A stretch of DNA of 55,546 bases. It comes from a virus. Taxonomy: Duplodnaviria; Caudoviricetes. This document shows positions 10,401-19,490 of this stretch, piece by piece; position 1 is the first letter of the stretch, and each line of letters opens with the position of its first letter. The translations under genes and the position numbers were made by a program. Under the pieces are notes generated by a model. The model ran no database searches and was not told the DNA's origin. It saw only the letters and a list, made by a program, of their open reading frames with translations. The DNA lies in the IMG/VR virus record IMGVR_UViG_3300005662_000001, positions 1 to 55,546 of that record; one strand, given 5' to 3'.

Positions 10401-10618
10401 ATTGTTGAAGTTACAGGACGATTTGCTGGTGCGCCATTTCCAGACGTAGAAATAGAGGGGCGTGAGCCAGAGCCATCAGAAGTAATAGAGCCAGAGGTGC
10501 GACCAGTCAATGAAGGTCGGTCATTGAATTCTCGAATGACGCTGTCCAGCGGGGCGCGTTCAAGACCTCTCGCCTCTGGGAGTTGCTTGCTTGATGTGCG
10601 TTTTTTTAGAATAGCCAT
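7466..10618 (-). CDS. Large low-complexity virion protein with conserved C-terminal GDGQSDDIPAMLADGEYV domain
   Basis: 1050 aa: TTKP repeats, acidic DNGDGTYT repeats, Q/P/M tract, tape-measure-like C-terminal motif. Confidence 0.7.
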   Translation of the reverse strand: MAILKKRTSSKQLPEARGLERAPLDSVIREFNDRPSLTGRTSGSITSDGSGSRPSISTSGNGAPANRPVTSTITSPSLSPITKPTLTSTTKPAITKPAVTTKPATTTKPLTTKPTVATKPAVTTKPTTTTKPTTTTKPAVTTKPAVTTKTTTTPTTKTTPTSVVKKPTVTPTKTNTNTTTNKVVNALTGAALGAGTKLIIDKITGKPVVSGGTKQPAGGTVKPPAGSTVKPPAGSTVPKAPVTPKSPAGSTAKPPAGGTKPPTSVVKPPVGGSSTLPSATDIYKGTPADESLGLPEGSIDNGDGTYTVNGTTFDMETNMPLYRENAEGGVDVMTDNGDGTYTIGNTTYSMENDSVLYTTDADGNITVAGGSTDTTVASGGDDSEVTTGGGTRGLGSVTGDTTVAENVDETVVGDDTTVADATYYQDDEGNYYTMNADGGYDLAYYADGSEYTDTYTDDTAYADNTYTDPDTGAVWTMADNGEWNTDFNYDDYWSSLDDTVLAGDDTNYDIYNDSSDYTDDAVYAYDDTDYSDIDYGAKGGLITMMKKGGVPRFEDGGYSDTGEEVQDWQNVSYNYGEYDDPSLTGDESLYSQSGPVNNSYLRSTPVAMASSSSNDSYVDNGDGTYTIGNYTYDMMTDEYMYSTDPNTGAITNVSPDYSYSTNPTEDYYDTDSLGNVFKNGEFYRAADVPEEIKSIANVGSGTASTKKDRYETDAAGNVFKNGVLYRAAEVPDAPTGGLDSDFLNTLTGALGTTAGAAGAGALIASLLGSDFGGGGSGAQNQGVDMSQVGIINPRTTDFGIGPTNFVGYEDYGTDANDYTPNEELLRNLNAPGYNPVNEGDYGYEEVPTEEVAEEPAMASGGLSSMSTPVSSYYTFGQPADILANLGMRPQPPMNPQQQMPQIGQQKPPQQMQQQGLPQQMPPQMAQQAPQGMPQQGMMPQQQGMPPPMRKGGLPHVSNVPLVQGRMDFRKGSAVHGEGDGQSDDIPAMLADGEYVIDAETVAQIGNGSTKAGAQALDKFREGIRAHKRSAPINKIPPKTKALTSYLKGAK

Positions 10619-10621
10619 GTC

Positions 10622-12310
10622 TTATCCTGTCTTTTTCACCAATGAGGTCAAGCCTGCAATGTTGCTTACAGGGCTTAGGTTTGCGGTGCTTGCCAAAGTT
10701 TTGGGTGGGGCAACTGTTGTTGGCTTCTTAACTGGAACCGCTTTTTGAAGTGGTATCAACTTAGACACATCCATTTTTGCGGGAGGGGCAGACATCTTTG
10801 GTCTAGCACTTACCGTTTGCAAAGCGCCAGCGGGTTTAGCTGTTGTTGGACGCTTCTTCTGAGTCAAAGAAGACTTGAGCAAATTGCCCACAGTAGCGAC
10901 TACAGGCTTTGTGAGGTCTGTAGGCTTGATGCCCATAGACGAAGCCATCTTGTCCTGCGGTGCTGTTGAAACAGCGTTTAGACCGCCTATAGGTTGCTCT
11001 GCTGTTGCGTCTGTTGCCAGTGTGTTAGTGAGCAAATTTTCAGAGATTGGAGCCTCTGAAACAACGGCTGTGGCTTGTTGAGTAGTATCCGTTGCAGGTT
11101 GCAACACATCTGAGACAGACGCCAGAGCGCCAGTTGGCAAGTTATTAGCAACTTCAACCGTCTCTGTTTCCTCTGGCAGATTCTCTGCAATATCTATAAC
11201 GTCATCGGAAACCTTCACTGAGGTGTCACCCAACACTTCATCGTCAGAAGTTGCGCCTACTGTTGAAATTAAATCTTGGAAGTTAGACGTCGTCTCTCCA
11301 GTGGGCGCTTGCGCAACTATTGTGTCTGCGGTTGTGCCTGTTGTATTGGCTGTGGTATCAGCCAACACGGCGTCATCTGATACAGCATTACTAACAGTTG
11401 CACCTGTGCTTGTGGTGTTAGATAAAACGTCAGCGGTGTCAAATGTGCTGGTAGAAGCCGTGTTGTCAACGCCTATGTCAGACACTTTAACTTCATTTAC
11501 AAGGTTGTTAGGGATGCCTGCGCCAGTAATGGTAGTGTCAACCGTTTCACCGTCGTCGCTTGATTCGTTCCATCCAGTAGCGGCGGTATTGAATTGTTGG
11601 TCAATCGTAGTGTTAAGTGTGCGAGTCCCAGCATCAACACCAGAGACAATTGCACTATTGGTAAATGACGTGACAAAGTCACCCTGACCAGTTATTTCAG
11701 AAGTTACGCCAGCAGAAACCGCTTTTACACCAGCGTTAAAGACAGAAGTTGCTTGGTTTAAATCCAAACCGCTATCCATTGCTAAGTTAACAATGTCTGG
11801 CTGAACATAACTTGCAACTTCGCTTACTCCGCCAGCAACCAGTCCGCCAGTGAAGCCACCAGCAAAACCATCCTCAAAACTACCACCTTTAATTTCAGCA
11901 ATGGTTCCGTTGACTAAACCTTTGGTAATTGAGTCGCTGGCAACTTGAGCAAATGTTTCGTTTACTCCTGCCTCAATAAATGTTGAGGACACAGTAGAAG
12001 AAATAGAGTTAGTAATACTCGCGCCAGCCGAAGAGCCAAGATACGAAGTACCCATTGATAGGGCAATATCGCCTAAGTCACCACCACGCGCCCCAGTAAT
12101 AATGCCTGACGTGACATAAGGAGGGATGCCTACAAAGGTTCCAGCAATAGAAAGCAGAACAGGAAGCGGGTCGTCAAGGACTGCTTGAACAACGTCGCCA
12201 ACTTTTTCAACAGCTTCGCCAACAAAGTCAACAACGTCCTCGACAACGTCACCAACAGCCTCAAATACATCGCCGATTGCGTCACCAATTGCTTCTACAA
12301 CTGCGCTCAT
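10622..12310 (-). CDS. Putative membrane-inserting ejection protein
   Basis: Acidic amphipathic N-terminal repeats, GxxxG-rich hydrophobic core, T/D-rich linker, basic C-terminus. Confidence 0.6.
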   Translation of the reverse strand: MSAVVEAIGDAIGDVFEAVGDVVEDVVDFVGEAVEKVGDVVQAVLDDPLPVLLSIAGTFVGIPPYVTSGIITGARGGDLGDIALSMGTSYLGSSAGASITNSISSTVSSTFIEAGVNETFAQVASDSITKGLVNGTIAEIKGGSFEDGFAGGFTGGLVAGGVSEVASYVQPDIVNLAMDSGLDLNQATSVFNAGVKAVSAGVTSEITGQGDFVTSFTNSAIVSGVDAGTRTLNTTIDQQFNTAATGWNESSDDGETVDTTITGAGIPNNLVNEVKVSDIGVDNTASTSTFDTADVLSNTTSTGATVSNAVSDDAVLADTTANTTGTTADTIVAQAPTGETTSNFQDLISTVGATSDDEVLGDTSVKVSDDVIDIAENLPEETETVEVANNLPTGALASVSDVLQPATDTTQQATAVVSEAPISENLLTNTLATDATAEQPIGGLNAVSTAPQDKMASSMGIKPTDLTKPVVATVGNLLKSSLTQKKRPTTAKPAGALQTVSARPKMSAPPAKMDVSKLIPLQKAVPVKKPTTVAPPKTLASTANLSPVSNIAGLTSLVKKTG

Positions 12311-12312
12311 GT

Positions 12313-12759
12313 TTATTCCCTTTCAGCCCGCTTTGGCCCTAACTTCACCGTCACGCGGAAGCCTGTTTTGGTTCGCTCTGCGCGATACCCCATACCTTCC
12401 TGCGGAGGGTTGCGAGAAATCGCTTTGAAAATATTGAAAATTGTCGGGTCTTCAAACTCGCTGACAAGAACGTCAAATCCCAATTTGTATGCGCCTTGGA
12501 TGAAAGAGTAAGAATTCTCTAAGTAATTGCGGGCGGTGTCGGCATTTAATGCGCGGAAGACGCCAGTGCGACCGTCTCCGACATGGATAATAAAAAGAGT
12601 GTTGCCTTCGCGAAAGACGGATGTGCCAAGCACATTCATCTCTTTGACCATTGCCGCGTAAATTGAAGATGCTGGATGCGGTGACTTAGTCTCTTGAGCC
12701 GCAATCATCAAAATTGCTTCTACGCTCAATTCCTTTTTTTTGCTGTCGACTAGCATCAC
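12313..12759 (-). CDS. Hypothetical protein (candidate acyltransferase by position)
   Basis: 148 aa alpha/beta pattern; start overlaps the ketosynthase stop; sits just before the ejection genes. Confidence 0.6.
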   Translation of the reverse strand: MMLVDSKKKELSVEAILMIAAQETKSPHPASSIYAAMVKEMNVLGTSVFREGNTLFIIHVGDGRTGVFRALNADTARNYLENSYSFIQGAYKLGFDVLVSEFEDPTIFNIFKAISRNPPQEGMGYRAERTKTGFRVTVKLGPKRAERE

Positions 12760-13865
12760 ATCCCCTTAAAAATTGCGGCGGAATAGATGTTTCCCATTCC
12801 TGCCGCCAAACTCATTATCAAGCCATCAGGCGGAGTTGTCGATTCCGAAAGGAATACCGAATCGCTTTCCGTTCGGTTTTCAATCGCAGGGACAAATCCA
12901 GCTTTGATGTCTTGCAGTAAAAGTAGCGTTTCAAGTAATCCACTGCTACCCATCGTATGACCAATTTTTTGCTTATACGATGTCGCAATGAAATCTTGTA
13001 GCGTTTGGGTCAAGGCGTTCTTTTCAGCCTTGTTGTTGGACGCCGTTCCAGTTCCGTGGGTTTTGACTATTTTAATCTCATCAGGGGAAATATTGCCATA
13101 GCGCATTGCGCCAGCCATAGCCTTAATAAACCCCTCGCCGTCCTCACACTGCCCAATTGCGTTCGTTGAGCGCTCTGAGGCGCTATACGCCGACACCAGA
13201 CGCGCATGGGGCTTGATTTGTTGCTGGGTAACGGCGTCGCGGGACTCGAATACCGCCAAAGCCGCTCCCTGACCAATCCGAAACCCAAAGTTGGTCGAAT
13301 CAAAAGCGGATGGCTTTATGCCTTCCTCTTCCTGCTTTTCGGTCAATACAGCCTTGGAATCCCCAAAGAACTCCAAAACAGCGTTGGACACGCCATCCTC
13401 GACTGTCAACACAATCACACGGTCAAAGTTGTAAAACTGGATGAGATTTTGGACATCCATCATCACCTTGAGGCTAGAAGCGCAGGCGCTGGCATCGGTG
13501 GTGACCATATCCATATCGCCAAAGGATTGAGCGATACGACCCGCATAGACTTGCGTCAACGTGAATGGCAGGAACTTGTAGGTGTAAGTCAGGCGGGAGT
13601 TGTACTCCCTCTGACCGATGCCAGCAAAGTGTGCGTTGCCACCCGCAAGAATGAATGCGGTCTTGCCTACAGGATTCTCCCGTAGGTGGGTCAGCAACTC
13701 AGGGTCAAGCACCTTCTCCGCCAGCTTGTGGGGGACATATACCAGACCAGATTTTGTTCGGTTATAGGTGTCTGGGAACCAGTTCACCTTTTGGGGGTAG
13801 ATGATGTCGTCAAAGAGTTCGACGTCTTGCGTGCAAGCGGTGCGGTAGTGCGTTAGATAAATCAT
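12756..13865 (-). CDS. Beta-ketoacyl-ACP synthase (FabB/FabF-like)
   Basis: Cys-His-His triad motifs DASACASS, KTHGTGT, KQKIGHTMGSSG; also SAFD and GFRIGQGAA. Confidence 0.92.
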   Translation of the reverse strand: MIYLTHYRTACTQDVELFDDIIYPQKVNWFPDTYNRTKSGLVYVPHKLAEKVLDPELLTHLRENPVGKTAFILAGGNAHFAGIGQREYNSRLTYTYKFLPFTLTQVYAGRIAQSFGDMDMVTTDASACASSLKVMMDVQNLIQFYNFDRVIVLTVEDGVSNAVLEFFGDSKAVLTEKQEEEGIKPSAFDSTNFGFRIGQGAALAVFESRDAVTQQQIKPHARLVSAYSASERSTNAIGQCEDGEGFIKAMAGAMRYGNISPDEIKIVKTHGTGTASNNKAEKNALTQTLQDFIATSYKQKIGHTMGSSGLLETLLLLQDIKAGFVPAIENRTESDSVFLSESTTPPDGLIMSLAAGMGNIYSAAIFKGM

Positions 13866-14143
13866 TTGCACACCTCGACAACTTCTTCCATAGAGGCTGG
13901 CTCTTTGGTTTTATGAGCCATCACAAGGTCATGGAGTTCCTGAACGGACTTGGGCGTCCACTCCTTGCTGATTGCGTCATCAATGCCATAGAGTTCGTCA
14001 AAGTACATCAGCATGACCAGCCCGTCTAGGCTGTCCAATCCGATTTCCTGAAAGACGTCTTCCATCGATTCTGCAATGGATGTTTTGGCGTGGGCGGGAC
14101 GAGCCACCTTTGCCACATAGTTAAAAATCTCAATGAAGTTCAT
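13862..14143 (-). CDS. Acyl carrier protein
   Basis: 93 aa, acidic, EIGLDSLD phosphopantetheine-attachment motif; true start ATG 14143 overlaps the upstream stop. Confidence 0.85.
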   Translation of the reverse strand: MNFIEIFNYVAKVARPAHAKTSIAESMEDVFQEIGLDSLDGLVMLMYFDELYGIDDAISKEWTPKSVQELHDLVMAHKTKEPASMEEVVEVCK

Positions 14144-14400
14144 GTTGCCGTTTCCTGTGTTGATTCGTTGACTGCTCCGACCAGTGCCTGCGCCCAGTCC
14201 TGCCAGTTCTCGTAGATGTACGGGCCGGGTATGCCCTCGTTCACAAAGATGTCGATGGCTTTTAACCCAGCCGCCCACTCTTTCCACCCCTCTTCGGGGG
14301 TATTTTGTGATAGCTGTTGCGCCGCATACGCCTCGCACATCAAACTCGACCAAGAGTCCCATGTGTGATACCGAGGGTCATATACAAGCGGAAGCGCCAT
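14140..14400 (-). CDS. Small Trp-rich virion-module protein
   Basis: 86 aa MALPLVYDPRY...WQDWAQAL, directly after the tail gene. Confidence 0.7.
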   Translation of the reverse strand: MALPLVYDPRYHTWDSWSSLMCEAYAAQQLSQNTPEEGWKEWAAGLKAIDIFVNEGIPGPYIYENWQDWAQALVGAVNESTQETAT

Positions 14401-14401
14401 A

Positions 14402-16474
14402 TTAGTTTCCGAATGGTCTGACGTCGCCAAGCGTTACGCTCAACAACACTTTGCCCATTTGGTAATTTCCACCGCTCACGTTACTTCTAAAACGCAAACG
14501 GATTTCGCGCCGTTGCTGACGCATATCAATCTTGCCTGTGCTTGGGTCAAACGGATACTCTTCCGAGGGTACGTCTGAAGACTGAGCATAGGGTCGACCT
14601 GTGACCTGCAAGGTCATCTCCCCCTCTTGGACAAAGTCAGGCTCGACGCGCTCCAAGTTGACCCAGAAGTTCTCGCCTACGGGCGCGGTCTGGGCAGGCC
14701 CACCAGCCACAAAGCCTAAGTCACTGGTTTGGAAGAAACTGTCAATGGCGTTAGAAGAATTAAAAATAACCTCATCAGTGCCAGTTTCATGTTGCCACAA
14801 AGTAATTCTATTTGCGGTTGTATTGAACGTCACAGGAACGGTTGCAGACGCTGTTGCAGGCTTATTTAGCGTGACGGTAAAGAAGTTAGGGGTTGCGCTT
14901 GGTGCAATTGCAATTACAAGGGAAATGTTGGTGATGCCTGCGCCAATGACTTGCTGACCTATTGCTACCAAGTTTGTGCTTGGAATTTCAATGTTAGCGC
15001 TTGCATTTACAGTGGTTGCATTTGTTGAAAAAACTTCAGTCAACTCACTCAAAGTTGCCCCTGCATTGATGGGGTATGGAAACACTGTTGAGAAAAACCC
15101 TGCCGTTCTATATGCCCCCAAAGCGCCACCAGCGTCATACCAACAATCTTCGCGAATGTTGTAGATGATGCAGTCGTTGCACTCTTCACTGTCGCCCGAT
15201 GGAAAGAACCACCAGATTTCGCCAAAGCGAGGAACCTTGTTGGCGTACACCTTTTGGCGCTGATTGTAGTTCAGGTTGTCAAAAAAGTAATTCTGGTTGA
15301 ACGTGTTCTTGATTTCCTTGACCACACCGTTGTACAGCAAGAAGCGGTCAACGCCAATCCAATAGTAAATGCCGTCGTACTCAATGACGCACTGACTTGA
15401 CATGATGGAAGACTGGCTAGAAATGATGTCATAACGCCAATAGAACGTCTGTGGAGAGCCTGCAACCGTCACCGTGGTAGGTGTGTAGCTAACTCGAATT
15501 AAAGAGTCCAGCGACCAAAACAAACCAGAAGGAGCGTTTGAGCCGCCTCGCACTGGCAGACCTTTGACAATCTTGGTGGAGGCTACGTTGGTCTCGTTGG
15601 CGTCCGCGCCGTTCCAATCAAATGGATTTCCAGCAACGCAATTCTTGATGAGTCCGTTATCTCCATACACAAAGACGTAGGGGTGCAAAACTACCACGCC
15701 ACCAGCGACTTCAATGATGTCGCCTGTAGGGGTTGCTCCAGACGTGTCCCTTAACGGAGACATGGTAGTGCCAGCAATGTTTCCAGCCAAAACAGGGGTG
15801 TTGACCGTCTGGTCAATTTGCGCCAAGTTTTGACCGGGGTGCGCCAACAACAACTGATTGCCAGAACCTTGAGAGTCAAACGTAGCATCAAATTGCCACA
15901 AATTCAAATCACTTTCCGCAAACCCATCGTTAATTGTTGCAACTTTAATTGAAAAGCCACTACCTGTTCCGCCAATACTCGCGGCGGTTGCACTCAAAGT
16001 GTCGCCAACGGCGTACCCGTTACCAGCCGCCGTCAGCGTCACTGTAGTCACCACCGTACCAGCCACCACAATTGTTGCTTTTGCGCCAGAGCCAGAACCA
16101 CCAGTCAAGGTCACATTGGTGTATGTCCCGTTGGTGTATGTAGTTCCGCCAACAAGCGTGTTGAGCGTCAAAATTAGACCAGTAAAGGTAAATTGTGATA
16201 CACCAGAACCGATGCCTGAGTTGTCAATGTTGACAACCTCAATCCCGTTGTTGTAACCGTTAAAAACCTGATTGTTTCCGTCTGTAGAGTTGACGTAAAT
16301 ACCGCGTGAGTATCCATTTGCATCACTGGTGATGGCGCGGTATCCGCCAATCTTACGGGGACGCCCACGTTGAAAACGCACCCAAAGTGCGTCCGTGTAA
16401 AAGTTCATATCGAAAATTGTGCCGTCCCGCTGGACGCCGGGCAACGTGTCGATAGTAAAAACTTTTTTGGTCAT
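14402..16474 (-). CDS. Tail tubular/nozzle (DNA-stabilisation) protein
   Basis: 690 aa beta-rich, WVRFQRGRPRKIGG N-terminus, EIWWFFP, beta-propeller-like pattern; podovirus position. Confidence 0.7.
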   Translation of the reverse strand: MTKKVFTIDTLPGVQRDGTIFDMNFYTDALWVRFQRGRPRKIGGYRAITSDANGYSRGIYVNSTDGNNQVFNGYNNGIEVVNIDNSGIGSGVSQFTFTGLILTLNTLVGGTTYTNGTYTNVTLTGGSGSGAKATIVVAGTVVTTVTLTAAGNGYAVGDTLSATAASIGGTGSGFSIKVATINDGFAESDLNLWQFDATFDSQGSGNQLLLAHPGQNLAQIDQTVNTPVLAGNIAGTTMSPLRDTSGATPTGDIIEVAGGVVVLHPYVFVYGDNGLIKNCVAGNPFDWNGADANETNVASTKIVKGLPVRGGSNAPSGLFWSLDSLIRVSYTPTTVTVAGSPQTFYWRYDIISSQSSIMSSQCVIEYDGIYYWIGVDRFLLYNGVVKEIKNTFNQNYFFDNLNYNQRQKVYANKVPRFGEIWWFFPSGDSEECNDCIIYNIREDCWYDAGGALGAYRTAGFFSTVFPYPINAGATLSELTEVFSTNATTVNASANIEIPSTNLVAIGQQVIGAGITNISLVIAIAPSATPNFFTVTLNKPATASATVPVTFNTTANRITLWQHETGTDEVIFNSSNAIDSFFQTSDLGFVAGGPAQTAPVGENFWVNLERVEPDFVQEGEMTLQVTGRPYAQSSDVPSEEYPFDPSTGKIDMRQQRREIRLRFRSNVSGGNYQMGKVLLSVTLGDVRPFGN

Positions 16475-17727
16475 GTAAATGTCCCGCCAGCAATACCCGA
16501 AGTAAAGGTTCCAGTTGTCCCAGAAACAGAACCAACAATTGCCAAACCAGATGCGGATAGCGTAGAGCGCAACACGCCAAGAATTGCATGGTTAAATTCA
16601 CCAGACGCGGCGCGGTAAATACCCGTAGTCGGCTCAGAAGCAAAGTTTAATGATGGGTTAGAAACCGTACCGTTAAGCAAACTGATAGCTGACGAACCCG
16701 CCAAAACGGTGTTGGCGTTCACCAAGTTAACAGAGTCGCAAATTAGTGTGGCTTGGTTACCCGCGGCAATCGTCGCCGTTGATGCACCGCCCACGCCTGT
16801 ACTAATTGTTAAGGTAAACCCACCAGCACTCGTTGCGTTTTGAACGTAATAAACCTGTACCGTTGGCGGAACAATAATGGTTACGTTACCAGTTAGAGTG
16901 CCTGTGTACTTCTGAATGACGTTTGACGCCTCCGCCGCGGTCAACGTATATGTACCAGTTGTCACCGCTTTCGTTAGTTGGGTAAAAGCAAATTGAGTGT
17001 TCTTGCCCAAACCAACCGTGTAGAAGGTAGAACCACTGCACACAATGATTGCAGAGTCAGACGGTTGGAAAATCAGAGAACCAGAACCGTTGATGGTGTT
17101 TCCACCAGTTCCAGACACAGTCAATGCGCCAGTTCCACCGTTTCGCAAGAACATAAACCAGTTGTCGCCAAGTGTGGCGGCAGAATCCAGCGTCAAGGTT
17201 CCTGCGCCGCCAGTCCACACATAAGTGCTGGAGCGGTCGGTTGTTAAAGCAGTGTAGTTAGAAGAGAAAGTAGTGACTGGCTGGCTTTGGTTCAGTGTCT
17301 GACCGATTGCCAACAAGCCGTAACCAGCAAGGGTCGCGGCGTCCGCACCAGAGGAACCAATGCCAAAAGCAATGATGCCCCATGTTCCCGCTGTGGTAGC
17401 GTTGGTCGTGATGTAGATGTACTGCGCTTGACCCGCGGCGACCGTGACAATGGTGTTCGCGCCAGTGTAGTCTTTGACCGTTACCGCGACAGCGCCGACG
17501 TTGCGAATCAAAGCATCCTGACCAACAGAACCCTGATTGGCTGGAGGCATCCACAACTCGTTTGCTGTGGATAGCGTCGATACTTCCATAACACGAGCGG
17601 CGGCGTCATCAGCAGTCGTGCCGTTGATAGGCCAAGTCAACTGCAAGTCCGCAGTCAGAATGATGCGGTTGTACGAGACATCCGTTGGTTGGATGACGTT
17701 GCCTGTGAAGGGGCTGTTAAAACTCAT
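16471..17727 (-). CDS. Tail/structural protein
   Basis: 418 aa T/G/A-rich beta protein in the tail module. Confidence 0.65.
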   Translation of the reverse strand: MSFNSPFTGNVIQPTDVSYNRIILTADLQLTWPINGTTADDAAARVMEVSTLSTANELWMPPANQGSVGQDALIRNVGAVAVTVKDYTGANTIVTVAAGQAQYIYITTNATTAGTWGIIAFGIGSSGADAATLAGYGLLAIGQTLNQSQPVTTFSSNYTALTTDRSSTYVWTGGAGTLTLDSAATLGDNWFMFLRNGGTGALTVSGTGGNTINGSGSLIFQPSDSAIIVCSGSTFYTVGLGKNTQFAFTQLTKAVTTGTYTLTAAEASNVIQKYTGTLTGNVTIIVPPTVQVYYVQNATSAGGFTLTISTGVGGASTATIAAGNQATLICDSVNLVNANTVLAGSSAISLLNGTVSNPSLNFASEPTTGIYRAASGEFNHAILGVLRSTLSASGLAIVGSVSGTTGTFTSGIAGGTFT

Positions 17728-17729
17728 GA

Positions 17730-18365
17730 TTAGGTATCCAATACAGTTGCTTGGCGGTCACCAATACGCTGGACATCTTCAGCCTTTAAGGTCTGAATGA
17801 TGAGGTCATAGTTCTGTTGCCACATTTGCATACGCTCGTCGTTCTTGACATACGGCATAGCCTGCAACAAAGAACCATACAGCAACGCTTGCGGGGCGTA
17901 GGTGGTAAACCAATTGCTTTGGTTAGAAGAATCAAGCGGTTGAAGTCGCTCGTAGTACAAAACCTCAAACTCATACGCCAAATCAGGCGATGGGGCAACC
18001 AGCCAGTGGGTGTAATCATAGTCACCGTAATACTCTGGCGCACCAGTCACTGTGGCGTCTGGGTTGTACTCGCGCAGGTATTCGTACTTACGAAGCAGTA
18101 CAGGTTGTTTTTGCCCATTTACAGTGACGTTCATTGAAACTGTCTTGTGCCAACGAGCAGGCTTATCAATGATAGGCTGACCTATCACCATGTTGGAGGT
18201 TTGAACGGTCAGGTTACCAAGGAACTTAATTTGGCTGGCAATGATTTGCTCTGCCAGCATAATGAACAGCGGAATCTTGGCAAGAGTATCCGCATCAGTA
18301 CGGTTGAGGTAAGACTGAATGTTTTCGACCAAAGAGTCGTAAGTCATTACCGATGCGGTTGCCAT
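17730..18365 (-). CDS. Head-tail adaptor/tail tubular protein A-like
   Basis: MTYDSL..IQSYL, IPLFIMLAE, APSPD, P..LLYGSL motifs of podovirus adaptors. Confidence 0.75.
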   Translation of the reverse strand: MATASVMTYDSLVENIQSYLNRTDADTLAKIPLFIMLAEQIIASQIKFLGNLTVQTSNMVIGQPIIDKPARWHKTVSMNVTVNGQKQPVLLRKYEYLREYNPDATVTGAPEYYGDYDYTHWLVAPSPDLAYEFEVLYYERLQPLDSSNQSNWFTTYAPQALLYGSLLQAMPYVKNDERMQMWQQNYDLIIQTLKAEDVQRIGDRQATVLDT

Positions 18366-18367
18366 AT

Positions 18368-18709
18368 TTACCCCACGTTTCGTTCAAAATGTGGACAATC
18401 CACCAATGATTTAAAGTTACCGCCCCAACGGTTTTTGGGGTGCAAAGTCTCCCAGTAAGCACCTAATGGCGCAAGGATGACCTTGTCCCATATTATCTGT
18501 CCATCCTTGAAGAAATTCAAGTCAATGGCACAGCGCTTGAGGTGGATAGAATTCATGGTTTTGGAGCGACCCGCCTTGACGTGCAGAGCCTGCTGTTCAG
18601 GGGTTCGGGCAAGTTCGCCTCCAGTAACCATAAAACCTTGCTCTGTGGCGTATTTGATAAGGGCGCAGGCATCCAGCAGGAACGCGGCTTGTTCTTGACT
18701 CAGGCTCAT
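18368..18709 (-). CDS. Endolysin, M15-family peptidase
   Basis: RTPEQQ, SIH..AID, WGGNF, D.PHFE zinc-peptidase motifs. Confidence 0.88.
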   Translation of the reverse strand: MSLSQEQAAFLLDACALIKYATEQGFMVTGGELARTPEQQALHVKAGRSKTMNSIHLKRCAIDLNFFKDGQIIWDKVILAPLGAYWETLHPKNRWGGNFKSLVDCPHFERNVG

Positions 18710-19224
18710 TCTTTGTCCTTTCTGCGCATCTCCATGACCTTCTCAACGGTGCGACCACCAAAGTAGGCGGTCATAACCAACATACCCCATTGACCAAGCA
18801 GGTTGACGTAGGACTCACTTATCTTGTATCCATAACCGTCAAGCAGGGCAAATATCAAATAGGCAGTCAGGAGGTACACCAGTGTGCCGGGGCGCACATT
18901 CTTCGACAGCCACGAGTCAGAGGACATATCAGCCTGCCAACGCTTGGAGACATTGTCTTCTTGGTTTGCCTGCGCCTTAAGCAACGCCGTCAACTCCTCT
19001 TGCTCAATACGAGCCTTCTCAATGCCCAACTCAAGCAAACGCTCTTCGTGGTCGTATTGAAGTTGGCGCAACTTGGCAACTTCAGCGTCAGACGGGTTGT
19101 CGGAAATCTTGACGCCAAGGGCGTCTTCAACGACTTGCTTGCCCTTTGCTTGGATTGCAGAAGACAAAAGGCCCAGACCATTCTGAGCCAATGTACCAAG
19201 GAGGGATGCGACTATTGGAATCAT
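18706..19224 (-). CDS. Holin-like protein (3TM/GTA type)
   Basis: SDSWLSKNVRP, two hydrophobic segments and YFGGRT.EK; overlaps the endolysin start. Confidence 0.7.
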   Translation of the reverse strand: MIPIVASLLGTLAQNGLGLLSSAIQAKGKQVVEDALGVKISDNPSDAEVAKLRQLQYDHEERLLELGIEKARIEQEELTALLKAQANQEDNVSKRWQADMSSDSWLSKNVRPGTLVYLLTAYLIFALLDGYGYKISESYVNLLGQWGMLVMTAYFGGRTVEKVMEMRRKDKE

Positions 19225-19490
19225 TTTTTACCCATCTTTTCGCGTTCTTCAAGCAATCTGACTTTGACTTGCAACTCGTTAATGTGCAACATCAAGCCTT
19301 CTTTCATAGTGGCTCGGCGCTCCGCAGAAATAGGGCTGTCTGTAGGGACGCCCTCTTTGGTTATCAATGCAGGCATTGCGCCCTCAATTCGTGTCAACCG
19401 TGTGGAGAAGTCGTTCACCTGACCTAAGAGCCAAGCAAGGGACGCCACGATGATGGGTATGACCGCCTTGAGAACATCTGCCCAATTCAT
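19221..19490 (-). CDS. Small membrane protein in the lysis module
   Basis: N-terminal hydrophobic helix plus coiled coil. Confidence 0.6.
   Translation of the reverse strand: MNWADVLKAVIPIIVASLAWLLGQVNDFSTRLTRIEGAMPALITKEGVPTDSPISAERRATMKEGLMLHINELQVKVRLLEEREKMGKK

Noticed and set aside
9795-10748. 317-aa Val/Gly-rich plus-strand ORF resembling a membrane protein
   Set aside because: Antisense shadow of the Thr/Pro/Lys repeats; no RBS or operon context
13862-14362. 166-aa ORF as the ACP
   Set aside because: The N-terminal extension overlaps a better gene (14140-14400); ATG 14143 gives a normal-size ACP with ATGA coupling
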